NCBI RefSeq assembly: GCF_006345805.1
Contig: NC_043010.1
Span: 31,372,001-31,436,000 of the forward strand
Length of the DNA: 64,000 nt
Direction of reading: 5' to 3'
DNA from: Octopus sinensis
Lineage: Eukaryota
The translations under genes were made by a program, and so were the position numbers. Within the stretch, counting starts at the first letter, position 1; each line of letters opens with the position of its first letter. Positions 1 to 13,619 of this stretch are shown here, piece after piece. The notes under the pieces were generated by a model. It had not been told where the DNA came from. It saw nothing but the letters and a program-made list of their open reading frames with translations, and did no database searches.

Positions 1-195
1 AGTTGCATGCTGGGGTTGATCTAATCAACTGGTCCCCTCCCCCAAAATTTCGGGCCTTGCGCCTAGAGTAGAAAAGATTATTATTATTATTATTGATTTG
101 CATATGAAGTGGGGTTCTTTTTTTTTTTGTTCTATTTAAATACACTTATGATGCATACACTTATAATTTCCACTTGTTATACACAGCACTTCAAC

Positions 196-236
<41 letters not shown>

Positions 237-857
237 GTATATGTATGTATGAATGTTCCCCAGCCTGCCTATTTGATACCCCTTCCCTTTTTACTAAACA
301 TGTGTACATTTGTTTACCCAGGTATTTGTACTCTCCCCTTGCACTCACACACACACATTTGCATTCTCACAAGTCGTTTCTCTGTTATGTACATACTCAA
401 ACATGCATATAGTTGCCTAATCCAATATATACATATGTGTATACCCAGCCCAGAAATGAGCATTCGCAACACATACATAAATGCATGTGCTTCAGCCACC
501 ACCACCATGCCTCCTTCAATCCAAATAATATTTCTGTATACCTGGATGATATACATGTGTTTCCTGTCCAGCATACATGCATACATATCTGTGCATGTTG
601 CAACAATAGTACATGTATTCACATGTGTACAGTAAACTACTGCAGATCCTACTAATGTGTGTATGTGTGTAGTACACATCACACAATATGCACAGCCCTC
701 AGTCACATGCATGTGTGTGTGTGTGTGTGTAGTTCCTGGTTTTTGCAGATCAGTATTTCTCTCATATAAGTGCACTCATTGAAGTATTATTTTTGACTTG
801 CACTTCAGCTGGAAAGTCATTTTTGTGATAATACATTTGAGTGATTTTTCAGATGTT

Positions 858-868
858 TTATATATATA

Positions 869-916
<48 letters not shown>

Positions 917-944
917 TATATTTATATATATTTATATATATTTA

Positions 945-978
<34 letters not shown>

Positions 979-1086
979 TATATATATATTTATTTATATA
1001 TTATATTTATATATTATATTTATATATATTTATTTATATATATTATATATATATATTTATATTTATATATATATTTATATTATATA

Positions 1087-1149
<63 letters not shown>
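858..1149. repeat. ~290-bp imperfect (TA)n microsatellite
   Basis: Direct reading. Many further (TA)n/(CA)n/(CT)n tracts occur, e.g. 40755-40965. Confidence 0.97.
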
Positions 1150-1151
<2 letters not shown>

Positions 1152-1277
1152 GTGTACATGTCTACTAATTGTTAGGTTACTTGTTCCTCAGCAATTTCAC
1201 CAGTCCTTTCTCTCTTTCTAGATGTTATTTTGTTCTCCTCTGTATGCAGTCTAATGTATTTTAACGTGTGTGCATGC

Positions 1278-1315
<38 letters not shown>

Positions 1316-1847
1316 ATCGAAATTACCAAATTGATATTGGAATTCAATCTTTTGTGGGGGGAAGAAAATCAAAACACTATTCGCTTTTAATAATTAATGA
1401 ATTTTTTTCTCTATCTGGGGTGTGTCTGTGTGTGTGAGTGTGAGTTAGGAGACGTTTGAATTTCTTTGGGTTAAAATATTAGAAGTAAATGTGATGATGT
1501 TTTAACACATGCACACAAACACACACATATACACAGACACACATATTAAATCTTACCAAAATCAAACTCGTTTAATCTGAAGTGTGGCACGTAACCACTA
1601 AAGAATTCTAAAACAGACAGACAGACACACACACACACACAAACTCTCGTGTACTCTCTCTCTGTCACACACATACACACACACTCACAATGTGCAACAT
1701 ATCCCCTCGAGGAATGGTTTAGAAATAGAATGTCCTATTTTTCCATCAATTTAGAGTAACTGGCCATTTTCGTTGCCTTGTTTAGGCAGTCCCAGGTCAG
1801 CACTGACCAAATAGACATATAATCAAATATTTTCCAGCTGTGCCCAT

Positions 1848-1878
<31 letters not shown>

Positions 1879-2499
1879 GTATATTATGGACTACATTATC
1901 CAATGTGTTCCTCATTTTTAAGACACTTGGGTGTATTTAAAGCTGTTGATTGCTATTTTTAGCATGCAATTGTATATGGCTGGCTCTCTGTCAGTTTTGA
2001 TAATGAGCCTTCAGTTGTTTAATTGACTACATTACCTGCTTATTGAGTTGGTGGATGAATATTCCACCAAAACATGTGCCCTAAATATAACTCTCTGGCA
2101 GATTTTGCATGACACCATCTGTTACAAGGCTGGGCCTGTGAATTACAGATTCAATCATTTCAACAGGCTTCAATTCAGTTTCTGCCTATCTACCTTCACT
2201 CACACATTATGGGGTTGACCAAAGACTAGAAAATATCACTTGTCCAAATGCCATGTGTTGGAATTGGACCCAGGACCTCATGGTTACAAAATTCTCAACT
2301 GTTCAGCCATACTGTACCTATATATTCTTTTATTCTTTTGCTTGTTTCAGTCATTTGACTGGCCATGCTGGAGCACCACCTTGAAGTGTTTTAGTCGAAC
2401 AAGCTTAGTACTTATTCTATCAGTCTCTTTTGCCAAACCACTGAGTTATGGGGATGTAAACACACTAACACTGGTTGTCAAACAGTGATACGAGGACAA

Positions 2500-2553
<54 letters not shown>

Positions 2554-2686
2554 AGACACGATGGTCTTCTTTTAGTTTCCTTCCTCCAAATCTACTCACA
2601 AGGATTTGGTTGGCTCAAGGCTATAATGGAAGACATTTTCCCAAGGTGCCATGCATTGTAGGGCTGAACCCAGAACCATGTATATA

Positions 2687-2731
<45 letters not shown>

Positions 2732-3517
2732 TGATATTACTGGAAATCATTGCAGTGTACTGCAGATTGAAAGTTTTGAAAAAACCCTTCACTTTAATAG
2801 GTAGGATTTAATTTGGTTGTAGAATTTACAGTATACTGGAGAGATTTAAGATTGATAACTAATAAGATGCTCAGCTGTTATTTCAGCTGTATCCAGTCAC
2901 TGCTGTGAGAAGGAATAAGTCAGCAAGAGATATGCATCTTGACAAATGGTCATAGTATACTGCAGAGTTTGTTACTCTGCTAGTTTAGATGCATTGATTA
3001 TAAATCTATTTCGTGTGCTTTTGTTGTGAATTTAAACAATACACTTAATGCTGTGATGATCAGTTCATGTAACTGCCAAAAATAGTTACTGAAACGTCTG
3101 GGTGTTGTTTTACGTGTGATAAGTCATCATTTTGTCTGGTGTGGGTTGGGAGAATTCATTACTCATCTACCTAATAATGCCATTGGTTTTTAAAAGAGAC
3201 CAAGCGCACATTGGAATCCAGACTCGAAGGAAGTGTCACCATCTTCAGCTGGTTGACGATTATCTCCCTTGTGGCTGTTCCTCTGACATGATCTACAGAA
3301 GTTCTTGCCTGTGTTCAACAACAAAACTTTCTGTGAATGTGTTTTGTAAAAGTGAAAAAGAAAACTAATACATTTATGTTTGTATTAACAATTCAAATGT
3401 GATGCATAACACAACATTATATTTTCTTTCAATTCATGATTATTCTTCCTCAGTGAAACGCCAGTAAAAGTTACTTAGCTGCGCTATGATATGTGGTGGT
3501 TCTAACTCTTTTCTCTC

Positions 3518-3911
3518 TTTTCTCTTTTACTTGTTTCAGTCATTTGACTGTGGCCATGCTGGAGCACCGCCTTTAGTCGAGCAAATCGACCCCAGGACTT
3601 ATTCATTGTAAGCCTAGTACTTATTCTATCGGGCTCCTTTTTTACCGAACCGCTAAGTTACGGGGACGTAAACACATCAGCATCGGTTGTCAAGCGATGT
3701 TGGGGGGACAAACATATACACACACATACATATATATATACATATATACAATGGGCTTCTTTCAGTTTCCGTCTACCAAATCCACTCACAAGGCTTTGGT
3801 CGGCCCAAGACTATAGTAGAAAGCACTTGCCCAAGGTGCCACGCAGTGGGACTGAACCCGGAACCATGTGTTTGGTAAACAAGCTATTTACCACACAGCC
3901 ACTCCTACGCC
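3518..3911 (-). mobile_element. tRNA-headed SINE with internal microsatellite
   Basis: ggcgtaggagtggctgtgtggt...ggttcagtccc...ccttgggcaag head, (AT/AC)n, aagtactagg body. Degenerate copies at ~2130-2690 and ~50000-50290. Confidence 0.8.
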
Positions 3912-4650
3912 TATTAAAATCTCAAGTGAAACATGCACACAACACAACTCAAGACATTGAAGTTACAAAGGAAACTATCAATTAAAACATTTGAGAAAAA
4001 GTTTTTTTTTGTTTTTTTTCCCCAGTTTTTGCTTGCTTCCACAGCTTATGCAACCCAAATACTCTAATGCAGTCATCCCTCAATTATGGTATCTAGCTGC
4101 CTTTACTCCACTCCCCATCAGTTTCAGTGGCTTTAAACAAGCCTCCCTCCTCTGACAATCATTGTTTAAAAAAAGATCCCTAAAAATGAAACTATATCCA
4201 TGATTTTTTTTCCTAATTAGATCCTTAATACTTTTTGCATCAATACACAATATGTTAACACTAACTTTATTATGTCTGTATGATAGTAAAGTCATTGCTA
4301 ACGTACTCAGAAATTTTAATTCACTAAAATTTCACCATTTGTGAAGAAATATCATTAGCATAATGATTTAATTGGTGAAAAAAGGTAGTGGAGATTTATC
4401 TTGAAATTTAAAATAAAATAAAATGCAGTGAAGAGTGAAGTCTACTCTCTGATTGTATTAACCAATATATTGGTTAATTTGATCATGGGCCATAATTTAA
4501 GATTGTATGAACCGTATGTGTGTGTGTGTGTGTATATATATACACACACACACACACATATATGTGTATGTATATACATTCATACATATATACACACTTT
4601 ACTTCCCTTATTTGACAATAATTTTATTTTTACTGTCTCACTATTTCTGT

Positions 4651-4692
<42 letters not shown>

Positions 4693-4839
4693 CACACACA
4701 CACACATTTGAGATCTAGTACTCAATACACAAATCACAGTTTATAGTTGAAGCTCAAACTGACTTTCATTGTTTATTTGTATTACTTTTCACACGACTGA
4801 TATTTTGATATTCATGAAACAATGTTAAGTTTCTACTTT

Positions 4840-4871
<32 letters not shown>

Positions 4872-4883
4872 TAGGATATATGG

Positions 4884-4923
<40 letters not shown>

Positions 4924-6307
4924 GATATATGGGAATATATATATACACCCACATACTAACTAAAATAAAATATGAAGATCAGGTTTTGAAATTTTAAAAA
5001 ATATGCATAATTACAAAACATTTGCAGTTGTCTCTGTTTTAATGCAGTGGAAGCAACATTTGGCTAAGGATAATGCTTTTTTTTCTTTTGTTTTTTTACT
5101 AACAGTAAGCAACATTCAACTGGCAAAAGATACATATAAACACACATTCTCACAGAATTATTATTATTAATAGCTGAATAATTCATGTTTACATTACAAC
5201 TGTTTGCTTTACCTCAGGTAATGTAGAATGTATTATTCTACATCATCATCATTTAACATCCCCTTTTCCATGCTGGCATTTATTTGACAGTCCAAGAGGA
5301 AATGACAAGCCAGCGGGCTGTGCCGAGCTCCAATGTCTGCTTTGGCGTGGTTACTATGGCAGAATGTCCTTCCTAAAGCCACTTCTTTACAGAATGTACT
5401 GGATGTTTTTTTTTTTCTTGTGGCACCAGCACTAGTGGGGTAATCTAACCCTCACAAGATAAGGCTCTTCAACTGATTGGGGTATAAGTATTGAAGGATG
5501 TGAAAGTATAATAGAGAGATGTGAACAAGTGTTTTATTGAAGAAGAGGATACATAACTTTCCCAGCTGGAAAGAAATAGTGAGATGGTGAGGATATATAT
5601 ATACCCTTTAGGGCCAAGGTGAATATGAGTGAGAGAATACAGTTAGAAGAACAGAAAGGATGTGTGAGGCAGTAGGTAAGTGCATTAGAGTAAGAAAAGA
5701 GTATGACAAAAGATTAGAGGTGAGGATTTGATCTGACTCCACACCATTGAACAGCTATTTTAGTGCTAAACTAATAGCCATGACGTAAAAGCAGATTAAC
5801 CAACTGTTGATAAAATATATAGTACTCTGCAAATAAGCATTCAGTTCTCTTGTGTATTGTTGCTTTTAATTATAAAAAAATTTAAATATAAATTATTTAT
5901 GTTAATTATTAATCACTAATCAAGATCAATTAGTTGGAGTCCTATGGGAGAGCACATTTTCTTTTTCCTCTTCTAATTTTAATGTATATGTGTGTATGTA
6001 TGTACGTCTTACACATTATATATAAGATGGGATAATGTTAGATTATATCTATAGGTCTGGTGAAACAAACAGGAAAATAGAACTCAAAATATGTTTGTGT
6101 GTGTATATATCTATCTATCTATATATATATTAAACTATATTTGATTTGCAGAAGTTGCAGAGTAACTCAAAGGCTGAGAGTTTCGTGCATTGGCCCTTGA
6201 GTGACTCTGTAGCATTTGCTGATTAAATATATATACACACACACATGCATGTATTTATACACATATACAAAAAAATACGGTGTGCATACATTATATGTGT
6301 GTGTATT

Positions 6308-6527
6308 AAGGTGGCAAGCTAGCAGAAACGTTAGCATGCCAGGCGAAATTCTTAGTGGTATTTCTTCTGTCTTTACATTCTGAGTTCAAATTATGCTGAG
6401 GTCGACTTTGCCTTTCATCTTTTTCGGGGCTGATAATTTAAGTACCAGTTGCATACTGGGATTGATCTAATTGACTCGCCCCCTCCCCTCAAAATTTTGG
6501 GCCTTGTGCCTAGAGTAGAAAAGATTA
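6308..6527 (+). mobile_element. Family-A SINE, well preserved
   Basis: aaggtggcaagctagcagaaacg...ggccttgtgcctagagtagaaaagatta. Other copies at 1-95, 17940-18130, 44580-44725 and 56060-56290 (+), and 39400-39850 and 51600-52060 (-, two each). Confidence 0.85.
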
Positions 6528-8995
6528 TATGTGTGTGTATTTGAAGGCATGTGGCCTAGTGTGTACAGCTTTAGGCTTAGAATCATGAAGTCAGGAGTTC
6601 AATTCTTGGGCTGGGTGATGTATTGTGTCCATGAGCAAAGCCCTTCATCTCCCATTGCTGTAGTCTATACTAGCAGCTGCAGCTGTTGATTAACTCACTA
6701 GTGGGTTGGGATCCTATTTAAGGTTAAAGTCTTGTGCTCTCAATTGCTTAAAAGCCTTAGAAACTGGAGTAAGCTCTGGCCAAATGAGTCTGTAACCTTG
6801 AAACAGACTTCAACTTTTTTTTAATATATACATACACACTTACAAACGCATATATGTGCACACCCATACCTACACAAGTTTTTTTTTTTAAGAAACTGTT
6901 TAGATGAGAGGTTATTAAAATTCTTCAGAAGCTGATATAGTAAGTTTGATTTTGGTTCAGCATTTTAATATGTGTGATGATGCCGAGTTGGTGCCACTGG
7001 CATTTGATTTTTAATCTTGCCATCTTGTTTTACAGCCAAGCAAGTGAGTATATGAATGTACAAATATGAGTGAATTGTATTCAAAGTTATAATTGTTCTC
7101 ACTCTATTTACTCAAGCCCTTATAAAACAAAGATATTCCTTGGGTATAGGTGATGCCCCTATACTGTACTATAATTTAGTTCAGGAATGGGGGAAATCTC
7201 TAGTTTAAAAAAAATATATTGTATTTTTCTTGAAAGGCTATATGTCAATTAACCATGATTCCTAACACTGCATGCTGAAAATTACAAACATATACTGGAA
7301 AATGTCCATAGTTTATTTTCATATTCACAACTTTAACCCTTTTGTGCTTTTGTTACCATATTTCTGTTGAAATACACTGCCTTTGTTTTGATTAATTTGA
7401 AAATAATGAAGAATTTATTAAACTAACTCTATTATCAATCTGATATTTAGAACAAAAATGATCATGAAATTTGGCTTTTAGATAATTTTAAATCAGGAAA
7501 TTAGTATCATAGAACCAGGGGCAGTATCAGGCAGGTTGGTATTAAGAGGGTTAAATTAATTATAGTCATAATAATAAGTAAATTTATTAAACATTCACTA
7601 AATCAATGTTAATTTGTTTTAAAGTAGTTGACTAAAGAAATAACATTTAAGTGAAAAGGCAATCAGATTTTACAGCCTTTTCTCTGCAGGTTCCTTGACC
7701 TAAAGTCAGTCAAGGAAGATAGTTGGGAAGTTAAATCTATCTCCAGATTTTGCAGTTACTGGATTTTGTTTACATCTTCAGAGTAGACATGGTTATGATG
7801 ATACAGCTTTCTGTGTATATGTCTAGACATTAGGCATATGTGTTTCTCTCTCTCTCTCTCTCTCTCTCTTGCATCATCACCATCATTGTTATCATCATCA
7901 CCACCACACACATTTCACATCTGCCTTTTTTGAAACAGTTATTCTGTCTAAAAGACAGTAGTTTCTCTCCAACCTTCTTTTGAACTGTATTAAGCAACCC
8001 AACACTGTACACTTTCTTCTCTTTGACAATCAGGTTGCTGTGTTTTCAATATGGTTATTTTCACCTCCAAAAATGTTGATCCTTTTTTTTTTTAATTCAT
8101 GTAATAACTGTTTCCATTTGTAAACCTGGTTGGAAGAAGGGCTTAATTGATTGATTATTGATCCATTGATCCTGGTTGATAATCAGGGAAAATGATTTAT
8201 AATTTTCTTCATTATTATGTATGTACTGAGTTGGTACCACTGAGGTCAGCTTTGCTTTTTATCCAAAGCAGTCAATTAAGCAATTACCTGTTAGTAAAGT
8301 ACTGGGATTGATTGAATCAACTCACTCCCTTCCTTAAATTTCAAGCCTTGTACCTACATCAGAAACATTTGTTACCATACCAGACAAAATGCTTTGTGGC
8401 ATATTTTCAGGTTTTACATTCTGAGTTCAAATTCCACCTGTCATCATTTCAGAAGTACCAGTTGAGCACTGGAGTTAATGTTGTTGACTAGTCCCCTGCC
8501 CCCAAAATTGTACCTATTTTAGAAAGAATTATTATTGTTTTTATTTTCATTATTATAGGTGTGCTAGCAGAATTGTGAGTGTCAGGAAAAAATACTTTGT
8601 AAATTTCTTCCGACCTTTATGGTCTAAGTTCAAATCATGCCAAGGTCAATTTTCCTGTTTGTCTCTCCAGAATTGATAAAATAAAGTACCAGTCAAGTAC
8701 TGAAGTCTAACCCCTTCCCAGATAAATTAGGCCTTGCATCTATGTTAAAAACAACAGTAACAACAGTTGTTGTTGTCATTATTTTTGATGATAATAATAA
8801 TAATAAGCAGTGAACTGCTGGTAGAAGCATTAGCGCTTTAGAGAAAATACCTTGTCTTTTTCTGACTCTTTATGTTCTGAGTCAACTTTGCTTTCATCCC
8901 TCTGAAGTCGATAAAATAAGTGCTCGAGTTGAGAGTATCAATTATTCCTTCCTGTCAAAATTACTGGCCTCATGCCTAAATAAGGAACAAATATT

Positions 8996-9289
8996 GTTTG
9001 TTCCTTCTCGAGCCTTGCCTGGCTCATTAGGACCAGTTTCCTTGGCGTATAGGTTCCCCACCTGGATGGGACACTGGTCCGTCGCAGATGAGCTGCTAGA
9101 TGTAGGCAGAAAGAGTGAGAGAAAGTTGTGGCGAAAGAGTCAGCAGAAGTTCGCCATTACCTTCTGCCGGAGTTGCATGGAGCTTAGGTGTTTCGCTCAT
9201 AAACACACACATCGCCCGGTCTGAGATTCAAACCTACGATCCCTCGACCATGAGTCTGCTGCTCTAACCACTAGGCCATGTGCCTCCAC
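8996..9289 (-). mobile_element. tRNA-derived SINE with target-site duplication
   Basis: Box A TGGCCTAGTGG, box B GTTTGAATC. Flanks taaggaacaaatatt / tagaaacaaatatt. Confidence 0.85.
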
Positions 9290-9906
9290 TAGAAACAAAT
9301 ATTAAGGATGCTGAATTAGCAGAATTGTTAGAACTTCAAGAAAAATGCTTTAAAGTACCAATGAAATACTGGAGCTGATATCAGCTACCAGTCTCCTTTC
9401 AAACTTGTTGGCCTTCTACTCATATTAGAAATTGTTCATTAGAGCATTGAAATCATAGGCCTTCTACCCAAATTAGAAATAATTGTTCATTAGAGCATTG
9501 AAATCATACTGGTATTTGTTCCAGCTCTTTACATTCTGAGTTCAAATCTTGCCATGGTCAACTCTGTCTTTCATCTTTAAGGGTTGATAAAATAAAGTAC
9601 CAGTTAAGTGCTGTGGTTGACAAACTCTGCCTCCCCTCAGAATTGATTGCCTTGGGCCTAAATCAGAAATCATTATTATTATTATTATTATTTAGGCGAT
9701 AAGCTGGCAGAATTGTTAGCATGCCAGGTGAAATGCTTAGCAGCATTTTGTTTGTGTTTACATTCTGAGTGCAAATTCTGCTGGGGTCAACTTTGCCTTT
9801 CATCCTTTTGGGGTTGATAAAATAAGTACCATTTGATCACTGATGTCAATGTAATGGACTTATCCATTCTCTGAAATTGCTGGCTTTATGCCAAAATTTA
9901 AAACCA

Positions 9907-10258
9907 TTATTACCTCTGCCTTAGCGAATGCAGAAGTATTGTTTTCAGTTGTTGTTTGTGTGTTTGTTTGTCTGAACCGCTGGATGGATTCAGATGAAAC
10001 TTTCAGGGATGTTTGGCCTCATGACTGGCATGAACTGATTAGATTTTGGGATCAATCTGGTACTGGACAAGGATTATTATTTTTTCTGTTTTTTTACTCA
10101 ATTTTTGAGAGCAGTTGGGTTCATTTTTAGTATTCTTGTTTGTGAGAGCAGTCGAGTTTATTTCAGATTTTCTCATTTTAAAAATCATCTCCGGCTAATC
10201 ATTGAGAAGATGTTGGGATTGCCTTGGCGGAGGTCTGCATCCTCTGAGTGTTCTTGTT
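9907..10258 (+). mobile_element. Helentron-associated non-autonomous element (HINE/DINE-1-like)
   Basis: ttattacctctgcc 5' end, subterminal inverted ccttggcggagg, 3' hairpin and ttcttgtt end. Confidence 0.7.
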
Positions 10259-13078
10259 ATTATAAAGGTCGATTTGCCTTTCATCTTTTTGGGGTTGATA
10301 AATTAAGTACTAGTGAAACACTGGGTCGACGTAATTGGCTAGCCCCCCCCCCCCAAGATTTCTGGCTTTGTGCCTTTGGCAGAAAGGATTATTATTATTA
10401 CTATTGTTTTCATTTTGCTTAGTGTCCTCAAATGCAAAAGAAATTAATTCTGTTTATTATCATTATATACTAATACAACAAAAAAGTAGATAGCAGCTCA
10501 AATTGCAATTTGTTTTTGTTTCATGTTTTTAATGCTAAGACAATAATTTGAATTATATTGAATTTTCTCAGTGGTAGGCACTGGCCAAAAGAAGTGGTGG
10601 TGGGAGACATCAACATTACTGAACAATTAGATTTTAAGAAAGGTTTCTCCAAGCAGCATGATGATGTGCAAGAATAGTTTTTGCTTTCAACTGCCCTCTC
10701 TCTGCTTCTCTTTTCAACTCATAATTTTCTCCCCTTCTTTGATAATGTATTATTTTACTCATGAAATTCTGAAGAAGTGTGAGGATTTCATCTTAAATAA
10801 TAGCAGCAGTTGCTGAAGCAAAGCTTTTTATTTTTCTTTGATTAACGAGTTTTATTCTGAAGCAGTATGACCAAATGAATTTCCCCTCAAATTTATTGTG
10901 ATAAGTGCATGGCAATACCTAACTTTTGAGATAATTTGTCAATTTTCAAGTTATGTGAATGTGGGAATGTCAAAGAATTTTGCCTTTAAGTGTATAGTGA
11001 CCATTACTAAAAGTGATCAAGCAAAGTGAGATCTGATCCTTAGAATAAATTCTCAGACTGTATGAGTCTTAAGAACTTCCTCTCAGATTTCTAATATTAA
11101 TGGAAAGTGAGGTCTAACTTTTCAGTAATAAGTCTAAGTTCTTAAGCAGTATGAATGTAAAGAATTTTCCCACAGAAATGATATCATCTATGGCTGTAAA
11201 TGGAAAGAGAGCATATGTTTATATCGGGGTATTGGTGTAAAATTTCCTCTCAAATTTATGACAACAATAGGTGAAAGAAAAGGAGTGGGTGTAACTGATT
11301 TTGCCAAGCTCAAGTAAGTGGATTATTATAGTATTGGTTTTGCAGATTTAGAATGTTTTTTTTTTAATGTTTGTGCAGTTCTCTTTATAGACAGATGCTT
11401 TTACTAATAGCAGTCATTCACCTGGGAATGAAAGAATAGAATATGTTGCTAGACCAGCAGACTGAAACAAACTGAGTTCTGTAGCTTGCTCAAAGGACAC
11501 CATGTCTAGCATAGTGTGCACAGTTGAGTATTGAAATTACATGCAGTGCACAACTTCTAATTCCTAATTTGTCTAAGTGTAGCTTGGTGATGAATGAATT
11601 CTGCCTGTCTTGCTTGCCTTAAATAGACAAAAGTATAATGTGCTGTAACTCATGAATTTATTATGAGAGATATATATATATTATGTGTGTGTGTGTGTAT
11701 GTTTACATGCACACATACACATTCCCAGATGTATATCATTATCACCATTTCGTGTCTGTTCTTCATGTCTCTGCTGGCATGGGTTGGAAAAGATGTTACG
11801 GTCCAAGTCAGTTCTTATTCAGAGTTTCTATATATTCTAGTGCACATATATATTAAAAGTTACACACATATACACGTGTGTGTATATATATAGATAGAGT
11901 AATAATTCTAACAAGATGTCCTACCCATTAAAAGCTGAAAATTAGACCTAGATGAGTATGAACATGACCCATAATTGTAGTGGCCCCATTAGGCTTAGCA
12001 GCAGTTAGGACCACACTTTGGTTATTGAACTCAAATGTTCTCTTTTAGGAACTACAAACCCCAAAGTCTTTTTAAGAGCAAGGTTATACCAAGAAAATTA
12101 TATAGAATGAATGAATTCATATAGTCTGTAATGTTTATATATCTATGAAGAGATAAACGTGTGTGTGTGTGTATCATACTTTTACAAGAAGGGTGACTGA
12201 CTTCAAAGTCTCAGGCTACTACTTTTTGTTGTACAGATCAACAAAAGCTACCAGCAGGCTGAACCTTTGAATTTACTGTTACTCTCCTTGTAAAAATGTA
12301 ATATGTACTCTAGAGAAGAGTAATTAATGATTCTTCAGTTTAATGTTAAATTGTTTTTATTATAACTTGGCATAAAACCAAACATACACAGATTGATGAA
12401 TTTTTATGATTACAAAGAACTGCTTACATATAAAGAAGAGTGAATATTTTATTAGATGCTGGAGTCTCTTGAATCATTGCTGATTATTTGAATAAAAGAA
12501 GGGAAGCAGTGTGGCTATAAATAAGCAAATGTATTTGTAACCACTTGATATATGATTAAACATTTGTGGTTTTTAACAAAAGATCAGAATTGATGAATTC
12601 TTGCACACACTTCCATTGATATTTATTAAGGAATTTCCAAATACCAACTGATTAAAATACTTCTGCCCTACATAATTGGTTTACCATACATACCCTTGAA
12701 GATGATTGCTCATTGAAAAAAGAAAAAAACTATTCACATTCTCAGCAACACCAAAATTACATATACAATAGCCATTTTCTTGTTTTTGTTTGTTTTGCAC
12801 TTACAGTAATAATATGAAAATATATTTTTTTGCATGTAAAAAGCTGAAGTTGTGATGCATTTTCCAAATATTTTTTCTTTTTCTTTTTAAACCAATCATA
12901 TTTCACTGACTAATTGTATTTTGATGTGTATTTATGAATATTTCTGCTTACATAGTGTTACACTACTTCCCTTGTTCAAATAATAAGCAATGTGAAATTC
13001 AGAGTAATTGTGTGTGTGTATGTATGTATATATATATATATCTATATATATTCACACACAGGTACACACCAATTTTAC

Positions 13079-13112
<34 letters not shown>

Positions 13113-13619
13113 TAGATAGATAAATAGAAATATATGCACACGTATATACTTACACACACACATACTTCGGTATGTACCTGTCATAATATACCTACATTAC
13201 ACAAAAAAAACTATAAAAAAATATTTTTAGATTTTATTTTTAATACTCTACAATTGTTCTTGTTGTTATTATTTGTAAAAGGCAAAAATCTTGTACTTTT
13301 TTAATATTTCCAAAATCTAATTTGTTCCAATTACAAAAATGAATATATATATAGCCTTTTATTTAAAAAGGTATTTAGCTGAAGATGGTTATTATTTAAT
13401 CAATTCCGACTGTATAAATTAGGTAACTGTTATAACAGTCGACTTTTGTTTCTATTTTATTTATTTATTTTTGTCAGTCTATGTTCAAGTATCAGTCTCC
13501 TCTGTGCATTATAATGGTTTAAAACCATTATCATTGTAATCATTATTATTACTGAAAAGGGCAGTATATGGCAAAATCTGTAGATTACCAAATGAAAAAT
13601 ATATATGCCTTACTTTTAA

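Larger units (their letters stand above)
8220..10400 (+). mobile_element. Head-to-tail cluster of family-A SINEs
   Basis: Repeated ggcagaat..ttagc...ctgagttcaaatt...aagtaccag...ggccttgtgcc units with (att)n tails. Interrupted by a tRNA-SINE and a HINE. Confidence 0.85.

Noticed and set aside
174-1372. Long ORFs rich in I/Y/C/H (also 23842-24381 and 40756-40983)
   Set aside because: These are translations of (TA)n/(CA)n microsatellites with no protein-like content.
9210-9289. tRNA gene
   Set aside because: The A/B boxes continue into a SINE body with a TSD, and there is no intact acceptor stem.
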